Positions 28,990 through 37,928 of a DNA stretch of 64,000 bases are shown piece by piece. Within the stretch, counting starts at the first letter, position 1, and the number at the start of each line of letters is the position of its first letter. The stretch covers positions 13,007 through 77,006 of the forward strand of contig CAZQBY010000006.1 of assembly GCA_964592405.1 (NCBI GenBank), read 5' to 3'. The notes beneath the pieces are model-generated. The model was not told the origin of the DNA and did no database searches. It worked only from the letters and a program-made list of their open reading frames with translations. The position numbers and the translations under genes were made by a program. Source of the DNA: an uncultured archaeon (lineage in GTDB: Archaea > Altiarchaeota > Altiarchaeia > JAFGQM01).

Positions 28990-30543
28990 ATGGTTTTTGA
29001 CTGGCTGTTCCAGAACTGGCCATGGGCACTGTTCTTCATAATTTTCGGTGCCGGCCTGGTTCTCATGCGCAGACTGCCCAATACGCAGATAATTGGCAAT
29101 ATCTTGTTCAAAATAAACTCCACAAGGGGCATCAGCTTCATGGACCGTGCAGGCAGGAGATATTCACGGTTCTGGATATTCGTGGGCAACATGGCGCTGG
29201 TGCTCCTGTTCGGCGGTTTGGGGACGGCTTATATCACCAGCAACCATGACAGAAAAGGCCGTGCCATCATTCTGGCCCTGCTTGTCTTTTTTACACTGTT
29301 TGTTTATCTTGGGCCAAATATAATCACCCTCTTTCCATTTGCAGCATTTCTCTCACCAAATCTGCTAGCACTATTGGTTGCTGTTGTATTTTCTGTAGCC
29401 GCCTATGGGCTTTCCATCCATACTAGCAGGAAGGCTGCAACTGTCGGCGCATTCATAGTTGCAATTTTGTTCTTTGGTGCGCCATATTTCCTCACCTATG
29501 CCCAGTTCGGTGGTCCCTATTGGCTGCTGATAGGCACAGCAGTCGGCATATTGGGTCTCCCTGCAATCCTCATAGTAAACCTCCTGGTACAGGCCGGCAG
29601 CATTGCCGCCGGAGAGTCAACAACCCCCGGCATCAATATCGGATATCCTGACATAGAGAAGGGCCTGCCGGTTCTGAAATATGCTGGCACTAATATCTCC
29701 ATACCAATATTTCCGGATATACTCCTAAGCATAGTACTCCTCCTTATCTTCCACGAAGGCTTCCATGGTCTGCTGTCTCGTGCACAGGGCATCAGACTGA
29801 AGAATACCGGTCTTCTCTTCGCCAGCATAGTCCCGCTGGGCGCGTTTGTTGAGCCGGATGAGAAGCAGTTCAGGAAAGAGGAATTGTCCAAGCGCCTCAG
29901 GGTTTATGCGGCAGGCTCATTTGCAAATATTTTTGTTGTAGCCTTCATTACGTTCCTGATAGCTGGAGCCATGGTGGAGTCCGGAACTGTTAGAGCGGAC
30001 GGTTTTCTAATAGATTATGTGGTTGTCAACTCTTCTGCAGATGGTCTGCTGGAGCCCGGCGAAACAGTTTACAGCGTTGGCGGAGTTCCAACCCCAACAT
30101 TCTATGACTTCTCACAGCTTATGCAGAACAAAACGCCGGGTGAGGAACTGCAGATAGTTACACAAAACCGCACGGTAACTGTCACACTTGGTCCGGCGCC
30201 TGATGATGAAAGCAGGGGATTTGTCGGTTTGGGGCGCAAGTTTGATCCAATAATCGGCATATTTGCCCCACGGCTTGCCACCTCCCATATAGAGCCGTCT
30301 TTGGGCGCCTCAATATTCGGCCTGCTGAAGTGGATATTTCTTCTGAATCTGATGATAGGCCTGATAAATCTGCTTCCGGTGAGGCCTCTGGATGGTGGTT
30401 ACGTTTATGAGGGCCTTTTTGAGTGGGTTGAGAAGGGCTTGCCATTCGGCAGGAGGATTCATCTTGCAAGGATATTTTCCAGAGCCTTTATGCTGTTGAT
30501 TCTGGGGATATTTCTAATAAACTTCTACCCATATCTGCTTTGA
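28990..30543 (+). CDS. Site-2 protease (M50) with PDZ domain
   Basis: HEGFH, GAFVEPDE, AGSFAN, NLLP..PLDGG. Confidence 0.92.
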   Translation: MVFDWLFQNWPWALFFIIFGAGLVLMRRLPNTQIIGNILFKINSTRGISFMDRAGRRYSRFWIFVGNMALVLLFGGLGTAYITSNHDRKGRAIILALLVFFTLFVYLGPNIITLFPFAAFLSPNLLALLVAVVFSVAAYGLSIHTSRKAATVGAFIVAILFFGAPYFLTYAQFGGPYWLLIGTAVGILGLPAILIVNLLVQAGSIAAGESTTPGINIGYPDIEKGLPVLKYAGTNISIPIFPDILLSIVLLLIFHEGFHGLLSRAQGIRLKNTGLLFASIVPLGAFVEPDEKQFRKEELSKRLRVYAAGSFANIFVVAFITFLIAGAMVESGTVRADGFLIDYVVVNSSADGLLEPGETVYSVGGVPTPTFYDFSQLMQNKTPGEELQIVTQNRTVTVTLGPAPDDESRGFVGLGRKFDPIIGIFAPRLATSHIEPSLGASIFGLLKWIFLLNLMIGLINLLPVRPLDGGYVYEGLFEWVEKGLPFGRRIHLARIFSRAFMLLILGIFLINFYPYLL

Positions 30544-30623
30544 ACATCCCTGCCATGAGTAACTTCCGACTGCTTTTATTTTTTTACTTTTAATTCTGTT
30601 TTTTCTAAATATCCGCTCTTTTA

Positions 30624-30696
30624 AGCCCCGTAGTGTAGTGGTCAATCATCTACGGCTTTGGACCGTAGGACCCAGGTTCGAATCCTGGCGGGGCTA
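30624..30696 (+). tRNA. tRNA-Gln(UUG), no intron, CCA not encoded
   Basis: Acceptor stem AGCCCCG/CGGGGCT with archaeal A1-U72; anticodon arm TACGG-CTTTGGA-CCGTA; T arm CCAGG-TTCGAAT-CCTGG. Confidence 0.96.
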
Positions 30697-30763
30697 TCGC
30701 CCCTTCGCGGCTGCTCCGCAGCCACGTAGTCGAAAGTGCTTCGCACTTTCTCCTGGCGGGGCT
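30697..30763 (+). repeat. Two hairpins followed by a 13-bp duplicate of the tRNA 3' end
   Basis: GGCTGC-TCC-GCAGCC; GAAAGTGC-TTC-GCACTTTC; TCCTGGCGGGGCT at both 30683 and 30751. Confidence 0.8.
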
Positions 30764-30769
30764 TCCCTA

Positions 30770-30865
30770 ATGGACTTCATAGCTTCCAAATTCCTGATGC
30801 AGACGCTAGTCTACATAGCCATCTTGGCCATACTCTTGGCTATCCTGTCTCAGATAGCCTTTTAG
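30770..30865 (+). CDS. Possible 31-aa single-TM peptide
   Basis: MDFIASKFLMQTLVYIAILAILLAILSQIAF. Confidence 0.4.
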   Translation: MDFIASKFLMQTLVYIAILAILLAILSQIAF

Positions 30866-30897
30866 CCTTTTATTATCACACATTCTAATTTGCATCT

Positions 30898-31833
30898 ATG
30901 GTCCTGAGCGCGTCTTTTGGCAGCTATCCGCGGCCGGAAGCCCTGCGGGAATATCAGGTAAAGACCTACGGCAAGCAGAAGAAGACAGACCATAAGCCCA
31001 CGGATAAGGATGTCCAAATGCTGATAAGGGCGATGCGACAGGTGGTTGAGGACCAGACAGGGCTTGATATAATAACTGACGGACAGCTGACTTGGGATGA
31101 CTTCCTCGCTTCTGTCGCGGCCGGCTTCGGCGGGGTAGAGATGGGCGGCCTGATACGTTTCTATGACAACAACACATACTACCGCAGACCAATTATCGTG
31201 GGCGAGATAACGAATGACCGGCCAACACTCACTAACACCCTTGCACTACTCAAGGATCTGAATCCGGGTGCGAAAATAAAGGCCGTTGTGCCCGGACCGT
31301 ACAGCCTGTATGACCTATCGGAAGACAGATACTACCACGACAAAGCCAAGGCCATAGAGGCTTTTGCCACAGCCCTGCTGACTGAAGTCAGAGCCTTGGA
31401 TGCCGATTATATCCAGATAGATGAACCATCCCTCTCTTATAGTCCAGACAGGGAACTGTTTCCGGTTATCAAGGCCCAGCTGGAGAGGCTAGTCAGAGCA
31501 GCCAAGGGCAAGACAATAATTGCCACCTATTTCGGTAACCTGCGAACATGCATAAAAGAGATTACGGAGCTCAAAGCAGATTACATAGGAGTAGATTGTA
31601 TCTCATTCCAAGACAACTATGAAATTCTGGCAGAGAGCGGAATAAAGAATGTCCAGCTTGGCATTTTGGATGCGCGCAACACAAAGCTGGAGGACCGGAC
31701 TGAGGTCAGGAACAGGATAGACATGCTTGGCTCGGACAACATCATAATATCCACCAACTGCGGTTTGGAATTTCTGCCGCGGGAGTATGCCCTAAGAAAG
31801 GTGGATCTGCTTTCAAGGCTTGCCAATGAATGA
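30898..31833 (+). CDS. metE: Split cobalamin-independent methionine synthase, non-catalytic half
   Basis: GSYPRP, ITDGQLTWDD, RFYDNNTYYRRP, IQIDEPSL; lacks the HxC Zn ligands. Confidence 0.8.
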   Translation: MVLSASFGSYPRPEALREYQVKTYGKQKKTDHKPTDKDVQMLIRAMRQVVEDQTGLDIITDGQLTWDDFLASVAAGFGGVEMGGLIRFYDNNTYYRRPIIVGEITNDRPTLTNTLALLKDLNPGAKIKAVVPGPYSLYDLSEDRYYHDKAKAIEAFATALLTEVRALDADYIQIDEPSLSYSPDRELFPVIKAQLERLVRAAKGKTIIATYFGNLRTCIKEITELKADYIGVDCISFQDNYEILAESGIKNVQLGILDARNTKLEDRTEVRNRIDMLGSDNIIISTNCGLEFLPREYALRKVDLLSRLANE

Positions 31834-32831
31834 GCTATGAAATCACAATGAAAAAAATCCTAAAGACTACAGTGGTGGGGAGCCATCCCCGTAATCCAAG
31901 GGTTGTGGAGATTGCAGAGAAGCTCAGAGATGGCAGGGCAACGCAGGAGGAGTATGACCGGGCTGTCAGAGAGGCTACCAAGATTTGTATTGATGACCAG
32001 ATAAAAGCCGGCATAGACATCATAGCAGACGGCGAGCAGGGCAGAGAGGACATGTCCGTCTTCTTTGCGGAGCGTCTTGGCGGATTTACCGAGGGGGATT
32101 GGGTCAGGGTGTGGGGTAATAACTACTTCCGCAAACCTATTGTAACCGGTCGGATAGAATTCCGGGCGCCCATGACTCTGGATGACTGGAAATTTGCAAA
32201 TGAATACGCCAATGGCCGCGCGCAGGTCAAACAGATGTTTACAGGTCCGTATACCATGGCAGACTGGGCATTTTATGAATTTCACGCCAGCAGATGGGAT
32301 TTGACGCTGGATCTTGCAGAAGCCCTCGCAAAAGAGGCAAAGGCACTTGACAGGGCGGGCTGCCCTTACATCCAGATAGATGAACCGGCCTTGTGTACGC
32401 ATCCATCAAAGGAGGAGATGGAACTTCAGGCCCAAGCGCTGGAGATAATAACCAAGGGACTGAAGGCCTATACCGCCATGCATGTCTGTTATGGTGATTT
32501 CAGCCTCCTCTTTCCGGAGGCCCTGGACTTCAAGGTCGATCTGATAGATCTGGAATTTGCCAACAACAATTTCAGGACCCTGGACATCCTCCGCCAGTAT
32601 GATTTCACTAAGGATCTGGGCTTTGGAGTTGTTGATGTCCACAAAAGGGAGGTAGAGTCCGTTGAGGAGATCAAGGCCAACATACGGAAGGCTCTGGAAT
32701 TTCTTAGACCAGAGCAGGTTTATCCGGACCCAGACTGTGGTCTCAAACTCCTACCGGACGAGAGAACTGCATATCTGAAGCTAAAGGCAATTGGAGATGC
32801 TGTAAAGGAGCTGAGAGAGGAACTGACCTAA
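31830..32831 (+). CDS. metE: Split cobalamin-independent methionine synthase, catalytic (Zn) half
   Basis: TTVVGSHP, DGEQGR, TGPYT, IQIDEPAL, HVCYG, DLEFA, PDCGLK. Start may be 31848. Confidence 0.9.
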   Translation: MSYEITMKKILKTTVVGSHPRNPRVVEIAEKLRDGRATQEEYDRAVREATKICIDDQIKAGIDIIADGEQGREDMSVFFAERLGGFTEGDWVRVWGNNYFRKPIVTGRIEFRAPMTLDDWKFANEYANGRAQVKQMFTGPYTMADWAFYEFHASRWDLTLDLAEALAKEAKALDRAGCPYIQIDEPALCTHPSKEEMELQAQALEIITKGLKAYTAMHVCYGDFSLLFPEALDFKVDLIDLEFANNNFRTLDILRQYDFTKDLGFGVVDVHKREVESVEEIKANIRKALEFLRPEQVYPDPDCGLKLLPDERTAYLKLKAIGDAVKELREELT

Positions 32832-32846
32832 GGATCTTGGCGACTC

Positions 32847-33911
32847 CTAGTCTCTTTTTCTGTGGAAATGAGGCATCATGCCATATTTCTTCATTAATTC
32901 CCCCGGTGTAACACCCATCTTCCTGCACCATTTCATCATCCCGTTATATGTATCAAGCTCCTCTTGGGCCGCCCAGACCTTGTTCTCCAGTTCTTCCCTT
33001 CTGGCATTCAGTATTTTCAGTCTTGGTTGCTGTTGTTCAAATGGAAGCCTCCGCATGCCCTCTGCTTCCCTGTCATAATCTCTCTTGAATTTCTCAAGTT
33101 CTTCCCTTGCGGCCCTTACCCTCGCTTCTATTTCCTCTCTGGCCCCTTCTCTGACGAAATGCGGTCGTGTTCTTATCAGCCCAGCAATCTCAACCTCTTT
33201 CTCCAGATTTTTTGGCACCATTCTTATGGCAGTCGGATTACTGGCAGCCGCCTCCAATTCATCTGCTATTCTCTTCATGAACCTGTTGGACATAAAACCG
33301 GCCTTCCTGCTTTCTTCAATCGGATAAGCAGATCCAATCTTCAGTGCACAATCCAGAGCGAGGTCGAAGAGCTCGGGATTCTCTCCATGTTCCCTCAACT
33401 CCTCCAGCAGGTCCATAATTCTCCCCTCGTCTCTGTTTAGTCGGCGCTTCTTTCTGATCCCCGGTAGCTCAAGGGTGGCTACAATCCTCTCTCTCCCGGA
33501 GCTCTTATGTGGGACCAGGGAGATTGGAGTGATGGCGCACGTATGAGATTCTGAGTGGGCAGTCATTGGATACTCATGAAGCTGTCTTTTTTCCGCAGGA
33601 AAGAACACCTCAGGATGACTGTTATGCCAGTCTATTACATGCTCATCTGCCCTTCCCAGTCTGTGCAGTTCCTCCAGCCTTTTTCTTCTGCCATTGAGGA
33701 CTCTTTCAAGGGCATCCCTTGTCAGCCTTCTCTTTTTTATCAAATGCTGGTAATGGAGGTCTTCAGGCATCTGCACAATCCTTACCTGATGCCCCCTCCT
33801 TCTGAGTATTTCTGCTACCCGTTCGGCGGCCGCTTTGGCGGGTTCCTCCTCACGGTCAAAACCCGTATGGAAGACAAATTTTAGCGGTTTTTTTCTTGAA
33901 CCTCTTGGCAT
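32847..33911 (-). CDS. Hypothetical basic protein with C-terminal coiled coil
   Basis: 354-aa ORF filling the gap between metE and thyX; no confident family. Confidence 0.65.
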   Translation of the reverse strand: MPRGSRKKPLKFVFHTGFDREEEPAKAAAERVAEILRRRGHQVRIVQMPEDLHYQHLIKKRRLTRDALERVLNGRRKRLEELHRLGRADEHVIDWHNSHPEVFFPAEKRQLHEYPMTAHSESHTCAITPISLVPHKSSGRERIVATLELPGIRKKRRLNRDEGRIMDLLEELREHGENPELFDLALDCALKIGSAYPIEESRKAGFMSNRFMKRIADELEAAASNPTAIRMVPKNLEKEVEIAGLIRTRPHFVREGAREEIEARVRAAREELEKFKRDYDREAEGMRRLPFEQQQPRLKILNARREELENKVWAAQEELDTYNGMMKWCRKMGVTPGELMKKYGMMPHFHRKRD

Positions 33912-33937
33912 CTTTTCTTATTGGCGGGCAGCATCAG

Positions 33938-34630
33938 TCAGAGCTCCCTGAATTTCTTTCGCACCTCCTTGATTTTGCCGCAGGTCAGCTTTCCCTCGGG
34001 GCAGGGACCTGTCACGCAGCCCGGGCCGCCGTCGCTGAAGAGAACCGGCGCCACCTTCTTGAGCTGCCTGAGCATCTCGGTGGCCACCTCCCTCAGCTCC
34101 CACTGGGTTCTCTCACAGGTGCGCAGACGGATAAAGTGCATCAGCTCACGCGCATTCATGGTAACGACAATATTGGTAGTCGCGGCATTCGGCAGGACAA
34201 AGCGCGCATCCTCGGGAGGAATGCCCTTCTTGAGAAGGCGCTGATAGGCATTTGCTGACGATGCCATGGCCTCAGTAAATATCTCCTTTGCTTCCCTGTC
34301 ACTCTCTATTGTTGGGGGTGTAACATATCTTATCTCATTTTCATTGAATCTGACATACCTTTGGCTCTGCTGGGTATAGGATGCCAACCGGTGCCTCACC
34401 AGCTGGTGGGTGAGCGCGCGCGAGACTCCGGAGATGCTGAAAGTGAAGCTTGCATGTTCAGTAACGGACATGTGGCCGAAGCCCATTACCATCTTCAGAA
34501 AATCCAAGGCCTCCTGCCTGCTGAGCTCCTCGAAAAGCTCCCTAGTAGTTTTCTTCTTCCAGCTTGTGAATGCGGCCGCGGCGCAGACCATATCCGGGTC
34601 CGGCGTGTGAGCCAGGAGTTTGACTTCCAT
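33938..34630 (-). CDS. thyX: FAD-dependent thymidylate synthase
   Basis: GHMSVTEH, RHRLASYTQQSQRY, EDARFVLP, MNARELMH. Confidence 0.96.
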   Translation of the reverse strand: MEVKLLAHTPDPDMVCAAAAFTSWKKKTTRELFEELSRQEALDFLKMVMGFGHMSVTEHASFTFSISGVSRALTHQLVRHRLASYTQQSQRYVRFNENEIRYVTPPTIESDREAKEIFTEAMASSANAYQRLLKKGIPPEDARFVLPNAATTNIVVTMNARELMHFIRLRTCERTQWELREVATEMLRQLKKVAPVLFSDGGPGCVTGPCPEGKLTCGKIKEVRKKFREL

Positions 34631-34744
34631 CTTTCCCACCGGGTTATTTTACCCCAGAACAGATAAAAGCCGTTTTTGTTTTCCTAAGGGAAAATTATTT
34701 GATAGTATAATTATTTGATAGTATTGTTATATTATAATGATGCA

Positions 34745-35623
34745 ATGACTTCTGTTGCAATTATCGGTGGATATGGTGGGATGGGCCAGATGTTTGCCCG
34801 CATTTTCAGGAGGAACGGCTTTGATGTAGTGATAACCGGGCCAAGATCGGAAAAGGGGCACCGGGTCGCCAGAAAATTGGGCGTGGCATTTGAGAGTGAC
34901 AACAGGAATGCCGCCAGAAGGGCAGACATCGTTATAATAACGGTTCCCATAGGGAAGACCCTTGAAGTGATAAAGGAGGTGGCACCGGTGATGAGGAAGG
35001 GGCAACTCATCACAGATCTGACTTCTGTTAAAAAAGAGCCATGCCGGGCCATGGATGAATATGCGCCAGATGGGGTGGAGGTTCTTGGCTGCCATCCCGT
35101 TTTTGGTCCCATGGCACGGGATTTCAGGGGCCAGAACTTTGTGTTGTGTCCTGTAAGAACAGGTGAGCTGACTTCGCTGCTGAAGGATCTGCTCAAAAAA
35201 GAGGGTGCGAAGACCATTGAGTGCTCGCCGGAGGAACACGACAGGGCTATGGGGCTAGTACAGGGCATGACTCACTTCATGCTGATATCAGCAGGTATGG
35301 CTATACGTGATCTGCACTTCAGACTGGACGACACCAGGGGATTCGCATCTCCTGTATACCAACTCGTTCTTGACCTCATAGGCCGGATACTGGGGCAGGA
35401 CCCAAGGCTGTATGCGGAGATACAGATGAACAACCCAGAAACAAAGAGGATAAGGGGAGCATACCTGCGCGCAGCAGAGAGGCTGGATGAAATTATCAGC
35501 AGGAGGGATGAGAATGCCTTCATCAAAGAGATGACAAAAGCAGCCGAGAACTTTGGCGATACGGGGCTTGCTCTGGAGAGGACACAAAGGATTCTGGAAG
35601 GTGGGAACAGAAATGAGGATTAA
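34745..35623 (+). CDS. tyrA: Prephenate dehydrogenase
   Basis: IIGGYGGMG, DLTSVK, HPVFGP, EEHDRAMGLVQGMTH. Confidence 0.93.
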   Translation: MTSVAIIGGYGGMGQMFARIFRRNGFDVVITGPRSEKGHRVARKLGVAFESDNRNAARRADIVIITVPIGKTLEVIKEVAPVMRKGQLITDLTSVKKEPCRAMDEYAPDGVEVLGCHPVFGPMARDFRGQNFVLCPVRTGELTSLLKDLLKKEGAKTIECSPEEHDRAMGLVQGMTHFMLISAGMAIRDLHFRLDDTRGFASPVYQLVLDLIGRILGQDPRLYAEIQMNNPETKRIRGAYLRAAERLDEIISRRDENAFIKEMTKAAENFGDTGLALERTQRILEGGNRNED

Positions 35624-36089
35624 CATAGGTGTCCTTGGAAGCCAGCAGACTTCCGAAGAGAATCTCGCGGTGGCGGAAGAGGTGGGCCGCGAGATTGCTA
35701 TGGCTGGAGCCGTGCTCATCTGTGGAGGCCGCGATGGTGTGATGCGCGCAGCTGCAAAAGGCGCCAGAGAGGCAGGTGGGCTGACTATCGGAATCCTTAC
35801 AGATCTGGACAAGAACCAGTGCAACGAGTACATAGAGATAGCACTTCCAACAAGCCTGGGTTTCGGGAGAAACATATTTATTGCATCGGCCAGCGATGCT
35901 GTTATCGCAATAGACGGAAACTATGGCACCATGTCGGAAGTGGCTTTTGCCCTAAATTATGGCCGGCCGGTGGTTGTAATCCGGGGAACCGGCGGCACGG
36001 CCGACTATCTGGTTGATGGTCCGTTTGATGTCAGTGTTGCGGAGAATGCGAAAGAAGCTGTCAGACTTGCATTAAAACTCGCAAGATGA
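35613..36089 (+). CDS. TIGR00725/LOG-like Rossmann-fold protein
   Basis: CGGRDGVMRAAAKGA, GRN, GNYGTMSEVAFAL. Confidence 0.88.
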   Translation: MRINIGVLGSQQTSEENLAVAEEVGREIAMAGAVLICGGRDGVMRAAAKGAREAGGLTIGILTDLDKNQCNEYIEIALPTSLGFGRNIFIASASDAVIAIDGNYGTMSEVAFALNYGRPVVVIRGTGGTADYLVDGPFDVSVAENAKEAVRLALKLAR

Positions 36090-36571
36090 AAGTCCTTGAT
36101 GCCTCAGGGATAATCAACCTGCGGGACCGGGAGCTTGAGGGGGAATTTATAACCGTGCCGGAGGTAAAGGGTGAGTTACGAGATGTCCAAGCCAGGCTGA
36201 AGTTCGAAGCAGCCGTTGTTCAGGGAAAGATACATCTTGAGGAGCCTTCTTTGGAGGCTTTTGACAGGGTGGAGGCCAAGGCAGACAAGCACGGAGTCCT
36301 CCCTCTCCTCTCAATAGCGGATATCAAGGTGCTTGCCCTTGCCTATGAGAGGAAACTCCCCATTGTCACAGACGATTATGACATCCAGAACATGTGCTGG
36401 ATAATGGGTTTGGGCTTTGAGACTGTAGCAGTGCCAGGAATAAAGGAAGCATTTGAATGGAGCAAGAAATGCTACGCCTGCGGCAAGGAATACACCACAG
36501 ATATCAGCGAGTGCGAGGCCTGCGGCTCCAAGCGCTTCATTGTTTCAAAAAGATACTCTGGAAAAAGATAG
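36086..36571 (+). CDS. nob1: NOB1 family endonuclease (PIN plus Zn ribbon)
   Basis: VLDASG, LSIADIKVLALA, TDDYDIQN, CxxC..CxxCG. Confidence 0.88.
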   Translation: MKVLDASGIINLRDRELEGEFITVPEVKGELRDVQARLKFEAAVVQGKIHLEEPSLEAFDRVEAKADKHGVLPLLSIADIKVLALAYERKLPIVTDDYDIQNMCWIMGLGFETVAVPGIKEAFEWSKKCYACGKEYTTDISECEACGSKRFIVSKRYSGKR

Positions 36572-36583
36572 TCAAAAAGAAAG

Positions 36584-37057
36584 TCAGAAAAATAACCGGA
36601 CTATTCCTGCACCGACATAGGCTACCAAAATATTTCTTGGTATCTTGCCTATCAAAGTCGCAATGAAGAACTTTTTGATATTGTACCTCAATCCCCCTGC
36701 TATAACACCTATCAAATCCATGGGGAGGGGTGTCAGGGCAAAAACTATGACTGCCAAGAATCCCCATCTCCTGAAAAAAACCACCGCCTCTCTGTATCTT
36801 CGTCCCTCTTTAATCTTTCTGGTGATCAGTCTTTGGCTGCCGAGACCCAACGCATAACTTGTAAGCTCGCCTATTGCGGTGGCAATTCCGGCGACTGTGC
36901 CGACCAAGAGCGGATCGGCCATTGAACCAGCCAAAAGAACCATTACCTCGGCTGAGAATATCGGCAGAGGGGTAGAAGTCATCAGTACCAGAGCTATGAA
37001 GAAATACGCCCACCCTCCAAGACTGGCAAAGTTTGGGATAAAGGATCCGGGGTCCAT
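36584..37057 (-). CDS. DedA/VTT-domain membrane protein
   Basis: GELTSYALG, FALTPLP.DLIG, GKIPR. Confidence 0.85.
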   Translation of the reverse strand: MDPGSFIPNFASLGGWAYFFIALVLMTSTPLPIFSAEVMVLLAGSMADPLLVGTVAGIATAIGELTSYALGLGSQRLITRKIKEGRRYREAVVFFRRWGFLAVIVFALTPLPMDLIGVIAGGLRYNIKKFFIATLIGKIPRNILVAYVGAGIVRLFF

Positions 37058-37058
37058 G

Positions 37059-37877
37059 TCAGCCCCTTGGATAGGATCCCAAGAGTTTGTAATAGGTTGT
37101 GCTGTCTTTGACCTGTTTCAGAATATCCCCGACATCATCCTTATGCCCTTCAAAGTCTATCAGAAACATGTATTCCCATTTGCGGTCCTTGCTTGGCCGT
37201 GACTCTATCTTCGTCAGGTTTATACCAGCCTTTGCAAATATTCCAAGAAGTCTGTAGAGGGCGCCTGCCTCATCCTTGACGGCAACCAGGATGCTGGTTT
37301 TATCTCGACCAGTTCTCTTGGCCTCCTGCCTTGAGATTATAAAGAAGCGTGTTTCATTGTCCTCCATATCAGACAAATCAGGTATGAGTATCTTCAGCCC
37401 GCATCTCTCTGCTGCTGATTTGGATCCAACAGCTGCTACTGACGGGTCCCTTTTTCTTGCCACAACCTCTATGGCTCCTGCAGTGGACAAATCGCTTCCG
37501 CTTGGTGATTTTGTGACAATTTTAGGAGATTTCAGAAGTTTTGATATCTTCTGCCTGCACTGCCCTATTACCTTGTGATGAGTCATCACAGTCCTGATAT
37601 CCTCAATATTCCCAGTGCCTGCCAGAACATGTCTTATCTGATGGTATATCTCTCCCACAATATATAAATCATAGTTTTTCAGGCATTCTATGGTCTCACC
37701 CACACTTCCGTCAATGGAGTTCTCTATGGGGACAACACCCCTCTCACACTCACCGGAATTCACAGCCTCGAAGATAAGTGTAACACTGTCATAATAGTGA
37801 AAATCCCCCTTCAGGTACCGGCGCGCAGCCTCATCCGTGAAGGTCCCTTCAGGCCCAAGAACTGCAATTCTGGCCAT
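37059..37877 (-). CDS. pheA: Prephenate dehydratase
   Basis: LGPEGTF, VPIENSIDGSV, NETRF, ACT domain NLTKIESRP. Confidence 0.95.
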   Translation of the reverse strand: MARIAVLGPEGTFTDEAARRYLKGDFHYYDSVTLIFEAVNSGECERGVVPIENSIDGSVGETIECLKNYDLYIVGEIYHQIRHVLAGTGNIEDIRTVMTHHKVIGQCRQKISKLLKSPKIVTKSPSGSDLSTAGAIEVVARKRDPSVAAVGSKSAAERCGLKILIPDLSDMEDNETRFFIISRQEAKRTGRDKTSILVAVKDEAGALYRLLGIFAKAGINLTKIESRPSKDRKWEYMFLIDFEGHKDDVGDILKQVKDSTTYYKLLGSYPRG

Positions 37878-37928
37878 ACTCCTAATTTATTAGCAGAGTG
37901 CTTAAAATTACCCCGTTCCTTTACCAAA

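Noticed and set aside
30638-30769. 5' part of ORF 30638-30865
   Set aside because: Overlaps tRNA-Gln; only the ATG 30770 peptide is plausible.
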